A stretch of 64,000 nucleotides of DNA from an uncultured bacterium (GTDB lineage: Bacteria; Bacillota; Clostridia; Lachnospirales; Lachnospiraceae): assembly GCA_945828315.1 (NCBI GenBank), contig CALZQA010000004.1:1582-65581 (forward strand), read 5' to 3'. A model generated the notes under the pieces. It was not told the origin of the DNA. It searched no databases and worked only from the letters and a program-made list of their open reading frames with translations. The position numbers and the translations under genes are program-made. Positions 29,586 through 39,760 of this stretch are shown here, piece after piece. Numbering within the stretch: position 1 is the stretch's first letter; each line of letters opens with the position of its first letter.

Positions 29586-29831
29586 TCAGCAATACAACTG
29601 GAAGCTCTGATTCTCGTCCATGGGAGCTTCCTTTAACTGCATCTGAAACATCATGTGAAACGGATGCTCCTTCTGCTCACCCTGCCGCTGCTGCTGTTCA
29701 CGCTGCGGAGAGTACCGGATCTGTGTAACTGCACCTACCGGCACGATGCTGGAAAAACCTCTTTCGTATCTTGCGATGTCCACCTTCTTTCTTTCAATCT
29801 CTTTTGATACTGCCATTTTAAAAGACTTCAT
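29586..29831 (-). CDS. hypothetical small protein (81 aa from the first ATG); coding status uncertain
   Basis: An open frame, but I see no SD in front of either candidate ATG (29831, 29816), and a good promoter overlaps them (see findings). Gln/Glu-rich sequence. No family recognised. Confidence 0.3.
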   Translation of the reverse strand: MKSFKMAVSKEIERKKVDIARYERGFSSIVPVGAVTQIRYSPQREQQQRQGEQKEHPFHMMFQMQLKEAPMDENQSFQLYC

Positions 29832-29959
29832 TATCCCTGTCAATATATTTATCGGAATTTTTCCGTATTTTTTAATAATTTTCGCACAATTATAATTCTA
29901 TTGTACAACTTTCGATGTCCAATTATAATAAAACATATTACACTTAGGAGGAATTTGCT

Positions 29960-30718
29960 ATGAAATTTATTTCCTGGAACGTAAACGGTCTGCGCGCATG
30001 CGTCAAAAAAGGCTTTCTTGATTTTTTTCAGACGATAGATGCTGATTTTTTCTGCATACAGGAGTCGAAGCTGCAGGGTGGGCAGATCACGCTTGACCTG
30101 CCGGGTTATCATCAGTATTGGAATTATGCTGAGAAAAAAGGTTATTCCGGCACTGCTGTCTTCACAAAAAATGAACCTTTATCCGTGACTTACGGGATCG
30201 GAATGGAAGAACATGACAAGGAGGGACGCGTTATTACTTTGGAATATGACAATTTTTATCTGGTGACATGCTATACCCCGAATTCGCAGAACGAGCTGGC
30301 AAGACTCCCTTACCGTATGAAATGGGAAGATGATTTTTTGTCCTACATAAAAACACTGGATGCCCAAAAGCCTGTCATACTCTGCGGCGATCTGAATGTC
30401 GCACACAATGAGATCGACCTGAAAAATCCGGGCACCAACCATAAAAATGCCGGATTTTCCGACGAGGAACGAGCCAAAATGACATGTCTTTTGGAATCAG
30501 GTTTTACGGATACATTCCGGTATTTCTATCCGGATACGGAAGGTATTTACTCCTGGTGGTCATACCGTTTTCAAGCGCGTGAGAAAAATGCCGGATGGCG
30601 TATTGACTATTTCATCACTTCAAAGCGTCTCGACAACAAATTAGAAAAGGCAGCGATCCACACCGACGTTTACGGTTCAGACCACTGCCCGATCGAACTT
30701 CAAATAAATTTTGATTAA
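29960..30718 (+). CDS. xth: exodeoxyribonuclease III
   Basis: AGGAGG SD. N-terminus MKFISWNVNGLRA. C-terminal ...SDHCPIEL. 252 aa. Confidence 0.9.
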   Translation: MKFISWNVNGLRACVKKGFLDFFQTIDADFFCIQESKLQGGQITLDLPGYHQYWNYAEKKGYSGTAVFTKNEPLSVTYGIGMEEHDKEGRVITLEYDNFYLVTCYTPNSQNELARLPYRMKWEDDFLSYIKTLDAQKPVILCGDLNVAHNEIDLKNPGTNHKNAGFSDEERAKMTCLLESGFTDTFRYFYPDTEGIYSWWSYRFQAREKNAGWRIDYFITSKRLDNKLEKAAIHTDVYGSDHCPIELQINFD

Positions 30719-31885
30719 TTACTCTGCCAGCAATGCATCTACCAACGCATCCATCTGTGCCTCGGAATCTGCACTCAGCGTAGAGCGGATGGTAACGGTG
30801 GGATCCAAAAGCTTGATCTCCTTCATACCTTCAAATAACGCACGCATCTGCTTTGCTGCAACAGGTGCCCAGGTGCCGTTCTCCACAAAGCCCACGGTAC
30901 GCTTCTGGTAATTCTTTGCCTTCAGATGATGCAGGAAGTCCTCCATTACGGGGAACAGTCCGCCATCATAAGTCGGACAGCATACAACGAGGCGATCATA
31001 CCGGAAAGCGTCCTCAACGGCCTCTGCCAGGTCATCTCTGGTCAGATCGGTAAATGCCACCTTAAGATCTGTCTTTGCCTGAAGCTTCTCAACCAGCTTT
31101 TCTGCGGCTGCCTTCGTGTTGCCGTGGATGGATGCGGATGCAACAAAAATACCCCGATCCTCCGGCGCATAGCTGCTCCATGTGTTGTACTTATCGATAT
31201 AATAACCCAGATTTTCTTTCAGGATCGGTCCATGCAGCGGACAGATCATCTGAATGTCCAGTCCGGCAGCTTTCTTTAACAGCGCCTGCACCTGAACGCC
31301 GTATTTTCCGACAATGTTAAAGTAATAGCGGCGTGCCTCACATGCCCAGTCCTCATCAGCATCCAGTGCTCCAAACTTTCCGAAACCGTCGGCAGAGAAA
31401 AGGATCTTCTCGCTGGACTCATAAGCAACCATGACTTCCGGCCAGTGTACCATCGGTGCCATCACAAACGTGAGTGTATGGCTTCCAAGGGAAAGGGTAT
31501 CACCCTCTGCTACCGTTACATTGCGGCCTGCAAAATCCGTGCCGAAGAACTGCTTCATCATCGGGAAGGTCTTTGCATTGGCAACGATCTTCATATCCGG
31601 ATATTTCTCTGCTGCCTTTGCAATATTCGCCGCGTGATCCGGCTCCATATGGGAAACGACCAGATAATCCGGTATACGGCCGGCCAGTGCATTCTCCAGA
31701 TTTTTGAACCACTCATCCGTCGCTCTCGCGTCCACAGTGTCCATGATCGCAATCTTATCATCCAGGATCAGATAAGAGTTATAGGAAACTCCATTGGGAA
31801 CAATGTACTGACTCTCGAACAGATCCAGCGTCTTGTCATCCGCGCCAATGTAAATAATATTCTCTGAAATTGTAGTATCTTTCAT
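30719..31885 (-). CDS. FprA-family A-type flavoprotein (metallo-beta-lactamase plus flavodoxin domains)
   Basis: AGGAGG SD. Di-iron motif VVSHMEPDHAANI. C-terminal flavodoxin-like half (IFVASASIHGNTK...). 388 aa. Confidence 0.8.
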   Translation of the reverse strand: MKDTTISENIIYIGADDKTLDLFESQYIVPNGVSYNSYLILDDKIAIMDTVDARATDEWFKNLENALAGRIPDYLVVSHMEPDHAANIAKAAEKYPDMKIVANAKTFPMMKQFFGTDFAGRNVTVAEGDTLSLGSHTLTFVMAPMVHWPEVMVAYESSEKILFSADGFGKFGALDADEDWACEARRYYFNIVGKYGVQVQALLKKAAGLDIQMICPLHGPILKENLGYYIDKYNTWSSYAPEDRGIFVASASIHGNTKAAAEKLVEKLQAKTDLKVAFTDLTRDDLAEAVEDAFRYDRLVVCCPTYDGGLFPVMEDFLHHLKAKNYQKRTVGFVENGTWAPVAAKQMRALFEGMKEIKLLDPTVTIRSTLSADSEAQMDALVDALLAE

Positions 31886-32009
31886 TCTGTTTATCCTCCT
31901 ATACCGTATTTTAGACTAACTGTTATCTTATCACTACATACTGTCCTTGTAAATATTTTTGTATCTTTCCAGCGTCGGTAATATACGCCAGCATCCCATG
32001 CAGTTCTTT

Positions 32010-32717
32010 CTATTCCTTCCACCGCAATCCGCGCAGATGATCCTTCTGCTCCGGCGTGATCCGATTGCTCTCCACTGCTTTCTGGATCGACTTATTATGG
32101 CACCACCGGGTGAGTCTACGATCTTCGATATAGGGAAGAACTGCGTCCCACTGCTTTGCCAGCGCCGTTGCAAAATACCAGGCCACCATCATATTGACAT
32201 AATATTCCTCTGAGTGTACCGCCGCCACCCACTGCGGATACTCCGGCGAAAATGTCTCCGGTTCCAGATACAAACGCATCAACATGCCAATGCCAAACCG
32301 CCGGGTGTAAGTTTCTCCACTATCCATCCACTTTCTGATCTGTGTAAGAAGTTCCGGCAGATGTTTTTTAAACACTTTCGGGGATGGCATATCGCAGGTC
32401 GCCCAGTTGTCTACATAGGGCAAAAATCGGTTCCACTCTGCCACACACTCCCCGTAATCTTTGATCTGCTCGATCAGAAATGCGTGAAGATTGTTTTCCT
32501 CATAATATTCATGCGGAAGCTGTCGCAAAAATACTGCCGACTCCGGGCACTTTCCAAACTGCTTTGCGTAGCTGCGCAACTGCGGTGTGCGCACGCCGAT
32601 GATCTTTGCCGGATCAACATTCGGTATGAGCTTGCTGTGAAACTCACGATATGCCTGATCCTGCATCGCAAACAATTCGTTTTGTACCTGCAGGATGACT
32701 GCTTTTTGATCGTCCAT
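32010..32717 (-). CDS. DNA alkylation repair protein (AlkD/HEAT-like repeat family)
   Basis: GGAGGAGG SD. N-terminus ...ELFAMQDQAYREFHSKLIPNVDPAKIIGVRTPQLRSYAK is typical of this family. Confidence 0.65.
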   Translation of the reverse strand: MDDQKAVILQVQNELFAMQDQAYREFHSKLIPNVDPAKIIGVRTPQLRSYAKQFGKCPESAVFLRQLPHEYYEENNLHAFLIEQIKDYGECVAEWNRFLPYVDNWATCDMPSPKVFKKHLPELLTQIRKWMDSGETYTRRFGIGMLMRLYLEPETFSPEYPQWVAAVHSEEYYVNMMVAWYFATALAKQWDAVLPYIEDRRLTRWCHNKSIQKAVESNRITPEQKDHLRGLRWKE

Positions 32718-32771
32718 CTGTCCTCCTCCGCGGGCTCCTTCCCGAAGATTTATTTTCCCGACTCTCTGACA

Positions 32772-33575
32772 CTACTCTGCCGCCAGATCGATCCTGCGCA
32801 GTTTTTCCAGCAGCATATCCTCCTCTGTCGGCTCATCCTCCGCCAGCTCGATGCGCTTTCTCAACTCGTACATCTTCGCATCCACCTGCGCGATCTGGGT
32901 TGCGCACTCAGTCAACTGATCAACGATCTCCTGCTGATCCGGTACTTCCTTTTTATATTTCAGCTGATGCTCCAGACTTGCCCAGAAATCCATTGCGATC
33001 GTGCGGATCTGCACCTCCACTTTCATGTCACGGGTCTGGTCCGAGAAAAAGACAGGCACACTGACGATCATGTGGTAACTACGGTAACCGTTGGGCTTGG
33101 GGTTCTTGATATAATCCTTAAAATTCAGGACCGTGATGTCATCCTGCTTTGCCAGCGCATGCGCCAGCCGATAGATATCGTCCACATAGGAGCAGATCAC
33201 ACGGATGCCTGCCACATCATGCAGATGCTCATTGACATTATCCACGGAAAACGGCACGTTCAGCCGTGCCAGCTTTTCCATAATGCTGGTACTGCTCTTT
33301 AAACGTGAAGTAATCGAAGATATCGGATTGCGCTGATAACGCACGTTGAACTCTGAGTTTAATACGTCAAATTTTGTCCGCACCTCCTTGATCGCACAAC
33401 TGTACATCATACGAAGTTCTCTGTACTCCACAACTGTTCCCGCCATTTTCATTGCCTGGTCAAAAATACCGTTATCGACAAACGGGACCATCAGCAGCTG
33501 GTTGTCTGCTGTTCCGGTACGGTCCTCATTAATTGGTAAAAAATCATTATTCATCTGCTGTTCCATCCTTTTCAT
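32772..33575 (-). CDS. small alarmone synthetase (RelA/SpoT-domain GTP pyrophosphokinase, RelQ/RelP-like)
   Basis: Synthetase motifs HDVAGIRVICSYVDDIY, GYRSYHMIV and VEVQIRTIAMDFWASLEH. No hydrolase domain. Start is ambiguous (M1, M4 or M8). Confidence 0.85.
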   Translation of the reverse strand: MKRMEQQMNNDFLPINEDRTGTADNQLLMVPFVDNGIFDQAMKMAGTVVEYRELRMMYSCAIKEVRTKFDVLNSEFNVRYQRNPISSITSRLKSSTSIMEKLARLNVPFSVDNVNEHLHDVAGIRVICSYVDDIYRLAHALAKQDDITVLNFKDYIKNPKPNGYRSYHMIVSVPVFFSDQTRDMKVEVQIRTIAMDFWASLEHQLKYKKEVPDQQEIVDQLTECATQIAQVDAKMYELRKRIELAEDEPTEEDMLLEKLRRIDLAAE

Positions 33576-33678
33576 TTTTCTATAGTTGAGATATAATACA
33601 TTATATCGTGTATGATATTATGCTTATTTTTGCTTTCGCGAATATTATACCACAAAACATACAAACGGAGGGATTTTT

Positions 33679-34221
33679 ATGAGTCCACAAAAAATCATTA
33701 AACTGGTGATCGGTATTACGCTGGCATGCGCCGGCATCTACTGCATCATATCTCCCGGCGTCACAGTCGCAGCGCTGGCATGGATCATCGGATTGTTCAT
33801 GATCGTTCATGCGCTGAGCCGGATCGGTGTCTGGAAAGAACGAAAAGCGCTGGGATTCGCGGAAAACTATGAGCTGACCAGCGCGATCCTTTCCCTGGTG
33901 TTTGGTGCTGCGCTCATTGCAAGCAATTTTTTCCAGGCGCTCGTCAGTACGATGATCATTTACATACTGGCTGCCTGGATCGCTATGCTCGGCATTTTCC
34001 GTCTGCTAGTGGCTTCCAATCTGCGCCGTCTCGAAGCTGACACCTCGGTGTTTATCAACAACTACAACGCACAGATGATCGGCGGCGTCGTACTCATTCT
34101 CATTGCTGTACTCATCTTCATCCGCCCTTCGATCGTCACTGCGATACTCGGCATGTTTATCGGTATCTGCCTGCTGTTGTTCGGTGTACAGCAGGTTATC
34201 TCTGCGATACGTGAACGCTAA
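33679..34221 (+). CDS. DUF308 / HdeD-like membrane protein
   Basis: GGAGGG SD. 180 aa with about 6 TM helices in paired repeats. Confidence 0.5.
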   Translation: MSPQKIIKLVIGITLACAGIYCIISPGVTVAALAWIIGLFMIVHALSRIGVWKERKALGFAENYELTSAILSLVFGAALIASNFFQALVSTMIIYILAAWIAMLGIFRLLVASNLRRLEADTSVFINNYNAQMIGGVVLILIAVLIFIRPSIVTAILGMFIGICLLLFGVQQVISAIRER

Positions 34222-34234
34222 AAACAAGTATAAC

Positions 34235-34266
34235 AAAAGCTCCGGCACACAGCCGGAGCTTTTTTC
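34235..34266. terminator. bidirectional rho-independent terminator
   Basis: AAAA, then GCTCCGGC-ACACA-GCCGGAGC, then TTTTTT, between convergent genes. Confidence 0.85.
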
Positions 34267-34275
34267 ACGAAACGA

Positions 34276-34707
34276 TCATTCTTCCACCAGATAGCTCATA
34301 TCTCCCATGTGGTAGATTCCAACACTGCACTCATAGGTCTCCTCTCCACGATACAGATACCCCTCCAGCTTCGTCTCGTTGTAACCAAAAGTCTCATCGA
34401 CGATCTCAAATACCGCTTCTCCAAAGCCTTCTGCAAAGTCCTTTAACATCTGTTTCTCACCCTCGATGGCACCGGTGTTTTCCAGTGTGAACTCCTTGCA
34501 TTTGTACACGCAGGCAAAACTGCAGTCCCAATCGATCCTCCCAAATTCAACTGTTCCCTTTACATCATCATAGGGCTCCTCATTCTGCACATATCCGTTT
34601 TTAAAGTGCAGCGTCAGTGTCTTTCCCTCCACATCGATCCGGTCCACCTCTGCGTCGTGCAGGCTGTAAGGAATATCCGTGATATTTTTTCTGATGAGCT
34701 GTTTCAT
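34276..34707 (-). CDS. hypothetical cytoplasmic protein
   Basis: Start set at MKQLIRKN with AAGGAG 7 nt upstream. 143 aa. No family recognised. Confidence 0.6.
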   Translation of the reverse strand: MKQLIRKNITDIPYSLHDAEVDRIDVEGKTLTLHFKNGYVQNEEPYDDVKGTVEFGRIDWDCSFACVYKCKEFTLENTGAIEGEKQMLKDFAEGFGEAVFEIVDETFGYNETKLEGYLYRGEETYECSVGIYHMGDMSYLVEE

Positions 34708-34829
34708 GTCCGTTCTCCTTCTTTCGGTTTTCTTCTGATCGGTCAATTCCTATGTAGTAAAAATGCCACATCAGGTGCAATGCGCCCTCAGTGGCAAACC
34801 CGGACATTTGGTCCGAAATGATCTGAAAA

Positions 34830-34911
34830 TGGATGGAGGTGGATTCGAACCACCGAAGCAATTTGCAGCAGATTTACAGTCTGTCCCCTTTGGCCACTCG
34901 GGAATCCATCC
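34830..34911 (-). tRNA. tRNA-Tyr (anticodon GUA, long variable arm)
   Basis: Minus strand reads GGATGGATTCCCGAGTGGCCAAAGGGGACAGACTGTAAATCTGCTGCAAATTGCTTCGGTGGTTCGAATCCACCTCCATCCA. A candidate promoter TTGAAA-17-TATGAT lies just upstream. Confidence 0.95.
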
Positions 34912-35002
34912 ATGTGCGGTCTGACACGCAAACCGCTTACTTATGCATCATAACACATCGCCGGCATAGTTTCAAGGACTTTTTCACTGGGAACACCCTT
35001 CT

Positions 35003-37099
35003 TTACAGCCGCTTGAAGACCGCCGCGCAGTGCGCCGGGAGCAGAACCTGCAGCTTGCCTTCCTTCACTGGATAGCGGATCGGCACGGAAGAAAATCCCT
35101 CGTCGGATGTGATCATCAGGCGGCTCAGCTCACAGTTCTGGGGGAGTCCCGCCGCCCAGACAGACTGCTTGACTCTGCGCGCGCGGTCATCATTGTTGAT
35201 CAGCACAACAAACTGTTCTTCCCGGTTGAAACGTCCATAGGCCAGATATTGATGTTCTGCAGACAGCATCTTGAGCGAACCTGTGCGCAGTGCCTGATGC
35301 TCCTTGTGGATCGCGATCATTTCCTTATGGAAACGGATCAGTTCCTCGTCCGGGTTATCCCAGGGATAGGTTCTTCGGTTGTCCGGATCGGTAAAGCCGC
35401 ACACACCGGCCTCATCACCGTAATACAACGTCGGTGCTCCCGGCCAGGTCATGAGCATGACTACGGCCTCCCGAAACACCGGCTTACTGGTGCCGATCTG
35501 CGCCGCCTCCGGTCCCAGCCGATCCACACGTCCGACACAATGATTGGTCCGGGTCAGAAATCTTGAGTGATCATGGTTGGAGAGCTGATTCATGGAACAT
35601 TGCAAGGAAGGAGTCAGAAAATTGGTCATGTAATGATGCATCGCGCCCTCAAAATTGGCTGCATTTCCCAGCTGTGCCCCGTCAAAGCTGTCTGAATGTT
35701 TTTCCATACCGGTCAGAAACCATGTGACCGGCTCCATAAACGCACTGTAATTCATGATCGTATCCCACTGATCGCCTTGAAGCCAACTTGTGGCATCACC
35801 ATAGTGCTCTGCCAAAATGATCGCATTCGGGTTTGCACTCTTGACCGCCTGCCGGAAGTCTTTCCAGAATTTGTGATTAAACTCCTCACTATGTCCTAAG
35901 TCCGCTGCCACATCCAAACGCCAGCCGTCTGCATTGTAGGGGGCCGAGACCCATTTCTTTCCGATCTCCAATATGTACTGATACAACTCTTTTGAGTCAT
36001 CATAATTCAGCTTCGGCAGCGTATCATGCCCCCACCAGCCCTCGTAGGTGGTGTTATAGGGCCATGCATTCTGATCCTGAAAGCGAAAATAATCCCGGTA
36101 ACAGCTGTCTCTGTCGATATAAGCACCTTTGCTGTATGCCGAATTCTGACGATAGATCTCCTCACGGTCCATCCACTTATGGAAAGAACCGCAATGATTG
36201 AACACGCCGTCCAGGATCACACGGATCCCCCTCGCATGCGCCTCCTCGACAAGCTGGATGAACAGCTGATTGCTGGCCTCCAGATTTTCCTGCGAAGTCA
36301 CGCGCTTTTGATACTTCGTCGCTTTCCGGTTATCCCGGTCACCGGGTGCCAGACACTCGCCGCCGTCTGAGACGATCTTTCCATAATGCGGATCGATATA
36401 GTCATAGTCCTGACTGTCATATTTATGATTTGAAGGAGAGACAAACAGCGGATTAAAATAAATGACCTCCACGCCGAGATCCTTCAGATAATCCAGTTTC
36501 TTTCTCACACCTTCCAGATCACCGCCATAGAACTCTGCCACCGAAAATCCGGAGGGGACCTGATTCCAGTCTTTCATTTTCCGACTGCCATGGCGTATGT
36601 AAAAATACTCGTCATCCTCCACATCGTTAGTGGGATCTCCATTATAAAAGCGGTCCACAAGGATCTGATACATAACCGCACCCTTTGCCCAGTCCGGTGT
36701 GTGAAATCCAGGCTGAATACAGAAATCATACTGGGGACGGTGTTCGGTCGTGACACCGTAACGGTCATAATAACAGTGCATCAATCCCGTACATACTTCA
36801 AAATAGTAATAAAACTTTTCTTCTCCCAGTGGGATCTGGACACTGAAATAATCAAACTCGTCCTCTGTCTCTGTCTTCCGCATCGTGTAGCGGTGCTCAC
36901 CGCTCCACAGCCAGACAATATCTATATTATTGATCGCAGCCCGAAACCGGATGATCACCGTCTCGCCCGCCTCCGGCTCTGCCGGGATCCGGTAATCCGC
37001 CGTCCCATCAGAAAACAGTCCCCGCTTTTTCAATACCGGACGCATCTGCATCATATACTGCATCTTTCGATTCATCTCATAAGCCGAATATTCTCTCAT
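35003..37099 (-). CDS. GH13 alpha-glycosidase (neopullulanase / cyclomaltodextrinase-like)
   Basis: Start set at MREYSAYEM (GGAG 8 nt upstream). The ORF extension to 37192 is probably leader. GH13 regions GIRVILDGVFNHCG, DGWRLDVAADL, IILAEHYGD and QLSNHDHSRF. Confidence 0.85.
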   Translation of the reverse strand: MREYSAYEMNRKMQYMMQMRPVLKKRGLFSDGTADYRIPAEPEAGETVIIRFRAAINNIDIVWLWSGEHRYTMRKTETEDEFDYFSVQIPLGEEKFYYYFEVCTGLMHCYYDRYGVTTEHRPQYDFCIQPGFHTPDWAKGAVMYQILVDRFYNGDPTNDVEDDEYFYIRHGSRKMKDWNQVPSGFSVAEFYGGDLEGVRKKLDYLKDLGVEVIYFNPLFVSPSNHKYDSQDYDYIDPHYGKIVSDGGECLAPGDRDNRKATKYQKRVTSQENLEASNQLFIQLVEEAHARGIRVILDGVFNHCGSFHKWMDREEIYRQNSAYSKGAYIDRDSCYRDYFRFQDQNAWPYNTTYEGWWGHDTLPKLNYDDSKELYQYILEIGKKWVSAPYNADGWRLDVAADLGHSEEFNHKFWKDFRQAVKSANPNAIILAEHYGDATSWLQGDQWDTIMNYSAFMEPVTWFLTGMEKHSDSFDGAQLGNAANFEGAMHHYMTNFLTPSLQCSMNQLSNHDHSRFLTRTNHCVGRVDRLGPEAAQIGTSKPVFREAVVMLMTWPGAPTLYYGDEAGVCGFTDPDNRRTYPWDNPDEELIRFHKEMIAIHKEHQALRTGSLKMLSAEHQYLAYGRFNREEQFVVLINNDDRARRVKQSVWAAGLPQNCELSRLMITSDEGFSSVPIRYPVKEGKLQVLLPAHCAAVFKRL

Positions 37100-37344
37100 C
37101 TCAAAACTCCATTTCGTACACAAAGTAAAAAAGACAGGACATAAAGTCGCTGCCTTTTTAGGAGAAGGTATTTTTACTATGGGGTGTAGCAAAAACTATA
37201 TAATGTATTGGGGGGTTTTTACGTTAATTATAATAGCATGAAGCACAGATAAAGTGTGCACAAAGTTCACAAATTTTGCCATTTGTTTTTGTGCATCTTT
37301 ACAACAAGATTCTGCTTCTTTTGACAAATTCCCTCTCCAAATTG

Positions 37345-37379
37345 CACAACACATGCCCTGAATCCGGACATGTGTTGTG
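37345..37379 (-). terminator. terminator hairpin after ftsH
   Basis: CACAACACATG...CATGTGTTGTG: an 11-bp perfect stem, extendable. The downstream T-tract is weak (CAATTTGG). Confidence 0.55.
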
Positions 37380-37396
37380 ATACAGCCTCTCAGCGC

Positions 37397-39205
37397 CTAT
37401 GCCTGAAACAGCGCTTCAAATTCTTCTCTTGTAATTTTTTCCTTTTGAATCAGCATCTGGGCACAGGCATCCAGCACATCGCGGTGCTCCGTGATGATCT
37501 CTTTCGCTTTCAGATAGCACTCATCAATGATCCGCTTGATCTCCTCATCGATCGAGCTCGCCACGTGCTCACCATAACCTCTGGTGTGCGCAAGATCACG
37601 ACCGATAAATACTTCATCCTCTTCGTTGTCATAATTGATCAGACCAACGCGCTCTGACATTCCGTACTTGGTGACCATCGCCTTTGCCATTGCGGTCGCC
37701 TGCTTGATATCCTGGGAAGCGCCTGTCGTGATGTCATCAAACACCAGCTCTTCCGCCACTCGTCCGCCGAGATCCACAATGATCTCCTGCAGCATCTTCT
37801 TTTTGGAATTAAACATCTCATCCTTTTCCGGCAGAGGCATTGTATAACCTGCTGCACCGCTTCCGGTGGGGATGATGGAAACCGTATACACAGGTCCCAC
37901 ATCCGGCAGTACATGGAAGAGGATCGCGTGTCCCGCCTCATGAAATGCCGTGATCCGCTTCTCCTTCTCGGAAATGATCTTGCTCTTTTTCTCCGCGCCG
38001 ATACCAACCTTGACAAAGGCTTGCCGGATATCCTCCTGCACGAGGAAGGCACGGTTTTTCTTTGCTGCCAGGATCGCGGATTCGTTGAGCAGGTTTTCCA
38101 GATCCGCACCGGTAAAGCCGGCAGTCGTCTGTGCGATCTGATCCAGATCCACATCCTCCGCCAGCGGCTTGTTTTTGGCATGTACCTTTAAGATTTCTTT
38201 TCTGCCTTCCACATCCGGTCTGCCCACCGTTACCTTCCGGTCAAAACGACCCGGACGCATGATCGCAGGATCCAGAATATCCACACGATTTGTCGCTGCC
38301 ATCACAATAATACCCTCGTTGACACCGAAACCGTCCATCTCAACAAGCAGCTGATTTAACGTCTGTTCACGCTCATCATGTCCGCCGCCCATACCGGTTC
38401 CGCGGCGTCTCGCCACCGCATCGATCTCATCGATGAATACGATGCAGGGTGCGTTTTTCTTGGCATCCTCAAACAGGTCTCGCACGCGGGATGCACCTAC
38501 ACCCACGAACATCTCTACAAAGTCAGAGCCGGAAATGCTGAAGAATGGAACGCCCGCCTCGCCTGCGACTGCCTTCGCAAGCAATGTCTTACCGGTTCCG
38601 GGAGGCCCCACAAGCAGTACACCCTTCGGGATACGCGCACCGAGCTTCGTATACTTTCCGGGCTCTCGCAGGAAATCAACGATCTCCTCCAGTTCCTCCT
38701 TCTCCTCCTGCAGACCGGCAACATTGGCAAAACCAATCTTTTTGTCACTGTCTGTAGACATTTTCGCACGGCTCTTTCCAAAATTCATCATCTGCGCATT
38801 TCCGCCGCCCGCCTGATTGTTCATGATCGTAAAGAGAATGAACATGGCTGCAAACACAAGAAGCAGCGGGAGCAGAGATGTCAGCCAGCTCTCGGAAGGA
38901 ACCTTGCGCATCACGTAATTCGTAAAATGGTACTCCTCCATCAGGTCGATCACGCCCTGCGTGTCAAACACATAAAAGCTCTTCTGTGTGGAGTCGGACA
39001 TGGTGGCTGTGACTGTTCCGGTCGGGATGTCCCTGCTGGGCGCCACATCCACCGCTGCGATCTTCGATGCCGCCAGATCCTGCTCAAAAATAGATATATT
39101 ATAGTCACTGGTGCCGCCGCTGTTCGATCCGAAGAAAAACCACAGAAAGATCACTGCGAGGATCAACACGATATAAAGCACGGCTCCTCGATAATTTCGT
39201 TTCAA
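37397..39205 (-). CDS. ftsH: ATP-dependent zinc metalloprotease FtsH
   Basis: TTG start (39203-39205) with AGGAGG 6 nt upstream. Walker [14 protein letters not shown]. Zinc site HEAGHA. Two N-terminal TM segments. Confidence 0.95.
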   Translation of the reverse strand: MKRNYRGAVLYIVLILAVIFLWFFFGSNSGGTSDYNISIFEQDLAASKIAAVDVAPSRDIPTGTVTATMSDSTQKSFYVFDTQGVIDLMEEYHFTNYVMRKVPSESWLTSLLPLLLVFAAMFILFTIMNNQAGGGNAQMMNFGKSRAKMSTDSDKKIGFANVAGLQEEKEELEEIVDFLREPGKYTKLGARIPKGVLLVGPPGTGKTLLAKAVAGEAGVPFFSISGSDFVEMFVGVGASRVRDLFEDAKKNAPCIVFIDEIDAVARRRGTGMGGGHDEREQTLNQLLVEMDGFGVNEGIIVMAATNRVDILDPAIMRPGRFDRKVTVGRPDVEGRKEILKVHAKNKPLAEDVDLDQIAQTTAGFTGADLENLLNESAILAAKKNRAFLVQEDIRQAFVKVGIGAEKKSKIISEKEKRITAFHEAGHAILFHVLPDVGPVYTVSIIPTGSGAAGYTMPLPEKDEMFNSKKKMLQEIIVDLGGRVAEELVFDDITTGASQDIKQATAMAKAMVTKYGMSERVGLINYDNEEDEVFIGRDLAHTRGYGEHVASSIDEEIKRIIDECYLKAKEIITEHRDVLDACAQMLIQKEKITREEFEALFQA

Positions 39206-39235
39206 AATAAACCTCCTTCGCTTCCCGCCGTGTTC

Positions 39236-39760
39236 CTAGTCAAACTCAATGACACCGACATAGGGAAGATTTCTGTATCTCTGATCATAATCAAGCCCGT
39301 AGCCTACGACGAACTCATCCGGAATCTCAAATCCGGTATAATCCACTTTCACATCGCTCACACGGCGATCCGGCTTATCAAGCAGTGTACACAGTTTCAA
39401 AGATTTCGGCTTGCGCTGTTTTAAATGCTCCATCAGATACGCCAGTGTGCGTCCGGTATCGATGATATCCTCCGCGATCAGCACGTTCTTTCCCTCGATC
39501 GGGGTATCCAGATCCTTGACAATACGCACGATGCCCGAAGACGTGGTCTCTCCTCCATAGCTGGAAACAGACATAAAGTCAATGTTTACCGGAACCGTAA
39601 TGTGCTTTGCCAGCTCTGTCGTAAAAAATACACCGCCTTTTAAAATGCACAGAAGGTAGACACTCTCTCCCTCATAATCCTTGCTGATCTGCGCACCCAT
39701 CTCAGCAATTTTCTTTGCTACATCCTCTTCTGAGATCAACTCGCGAATTCTCTCACTCAT
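39236..39760 (-). CDS. hpt: hypoxanthine phosphoribosyltransferase
   Basis: PRPP motif VLIAEDIIDTGRTL. Start is ambiguous (ATG at 39760, 39766 or 39775). It overlaps the tilS stop at 39753. Confidence 0.9.
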   Translation of the reverse strand: MSERIRELISEEDVAKKIAEMGAQISKDYEGESVYLLCILKGGVFFTTELAKHITVPVNIDFMSVSSYGGETTSSGIVRIVKDLDTPIEGKNVLIAEDIIDTGRTLAYLMEHLKQRKPKSLKLCTLLDKPDRRVSDVKVDYTGFEIPDEFVVGYGLDYDQRYRNLPYVGVIEFD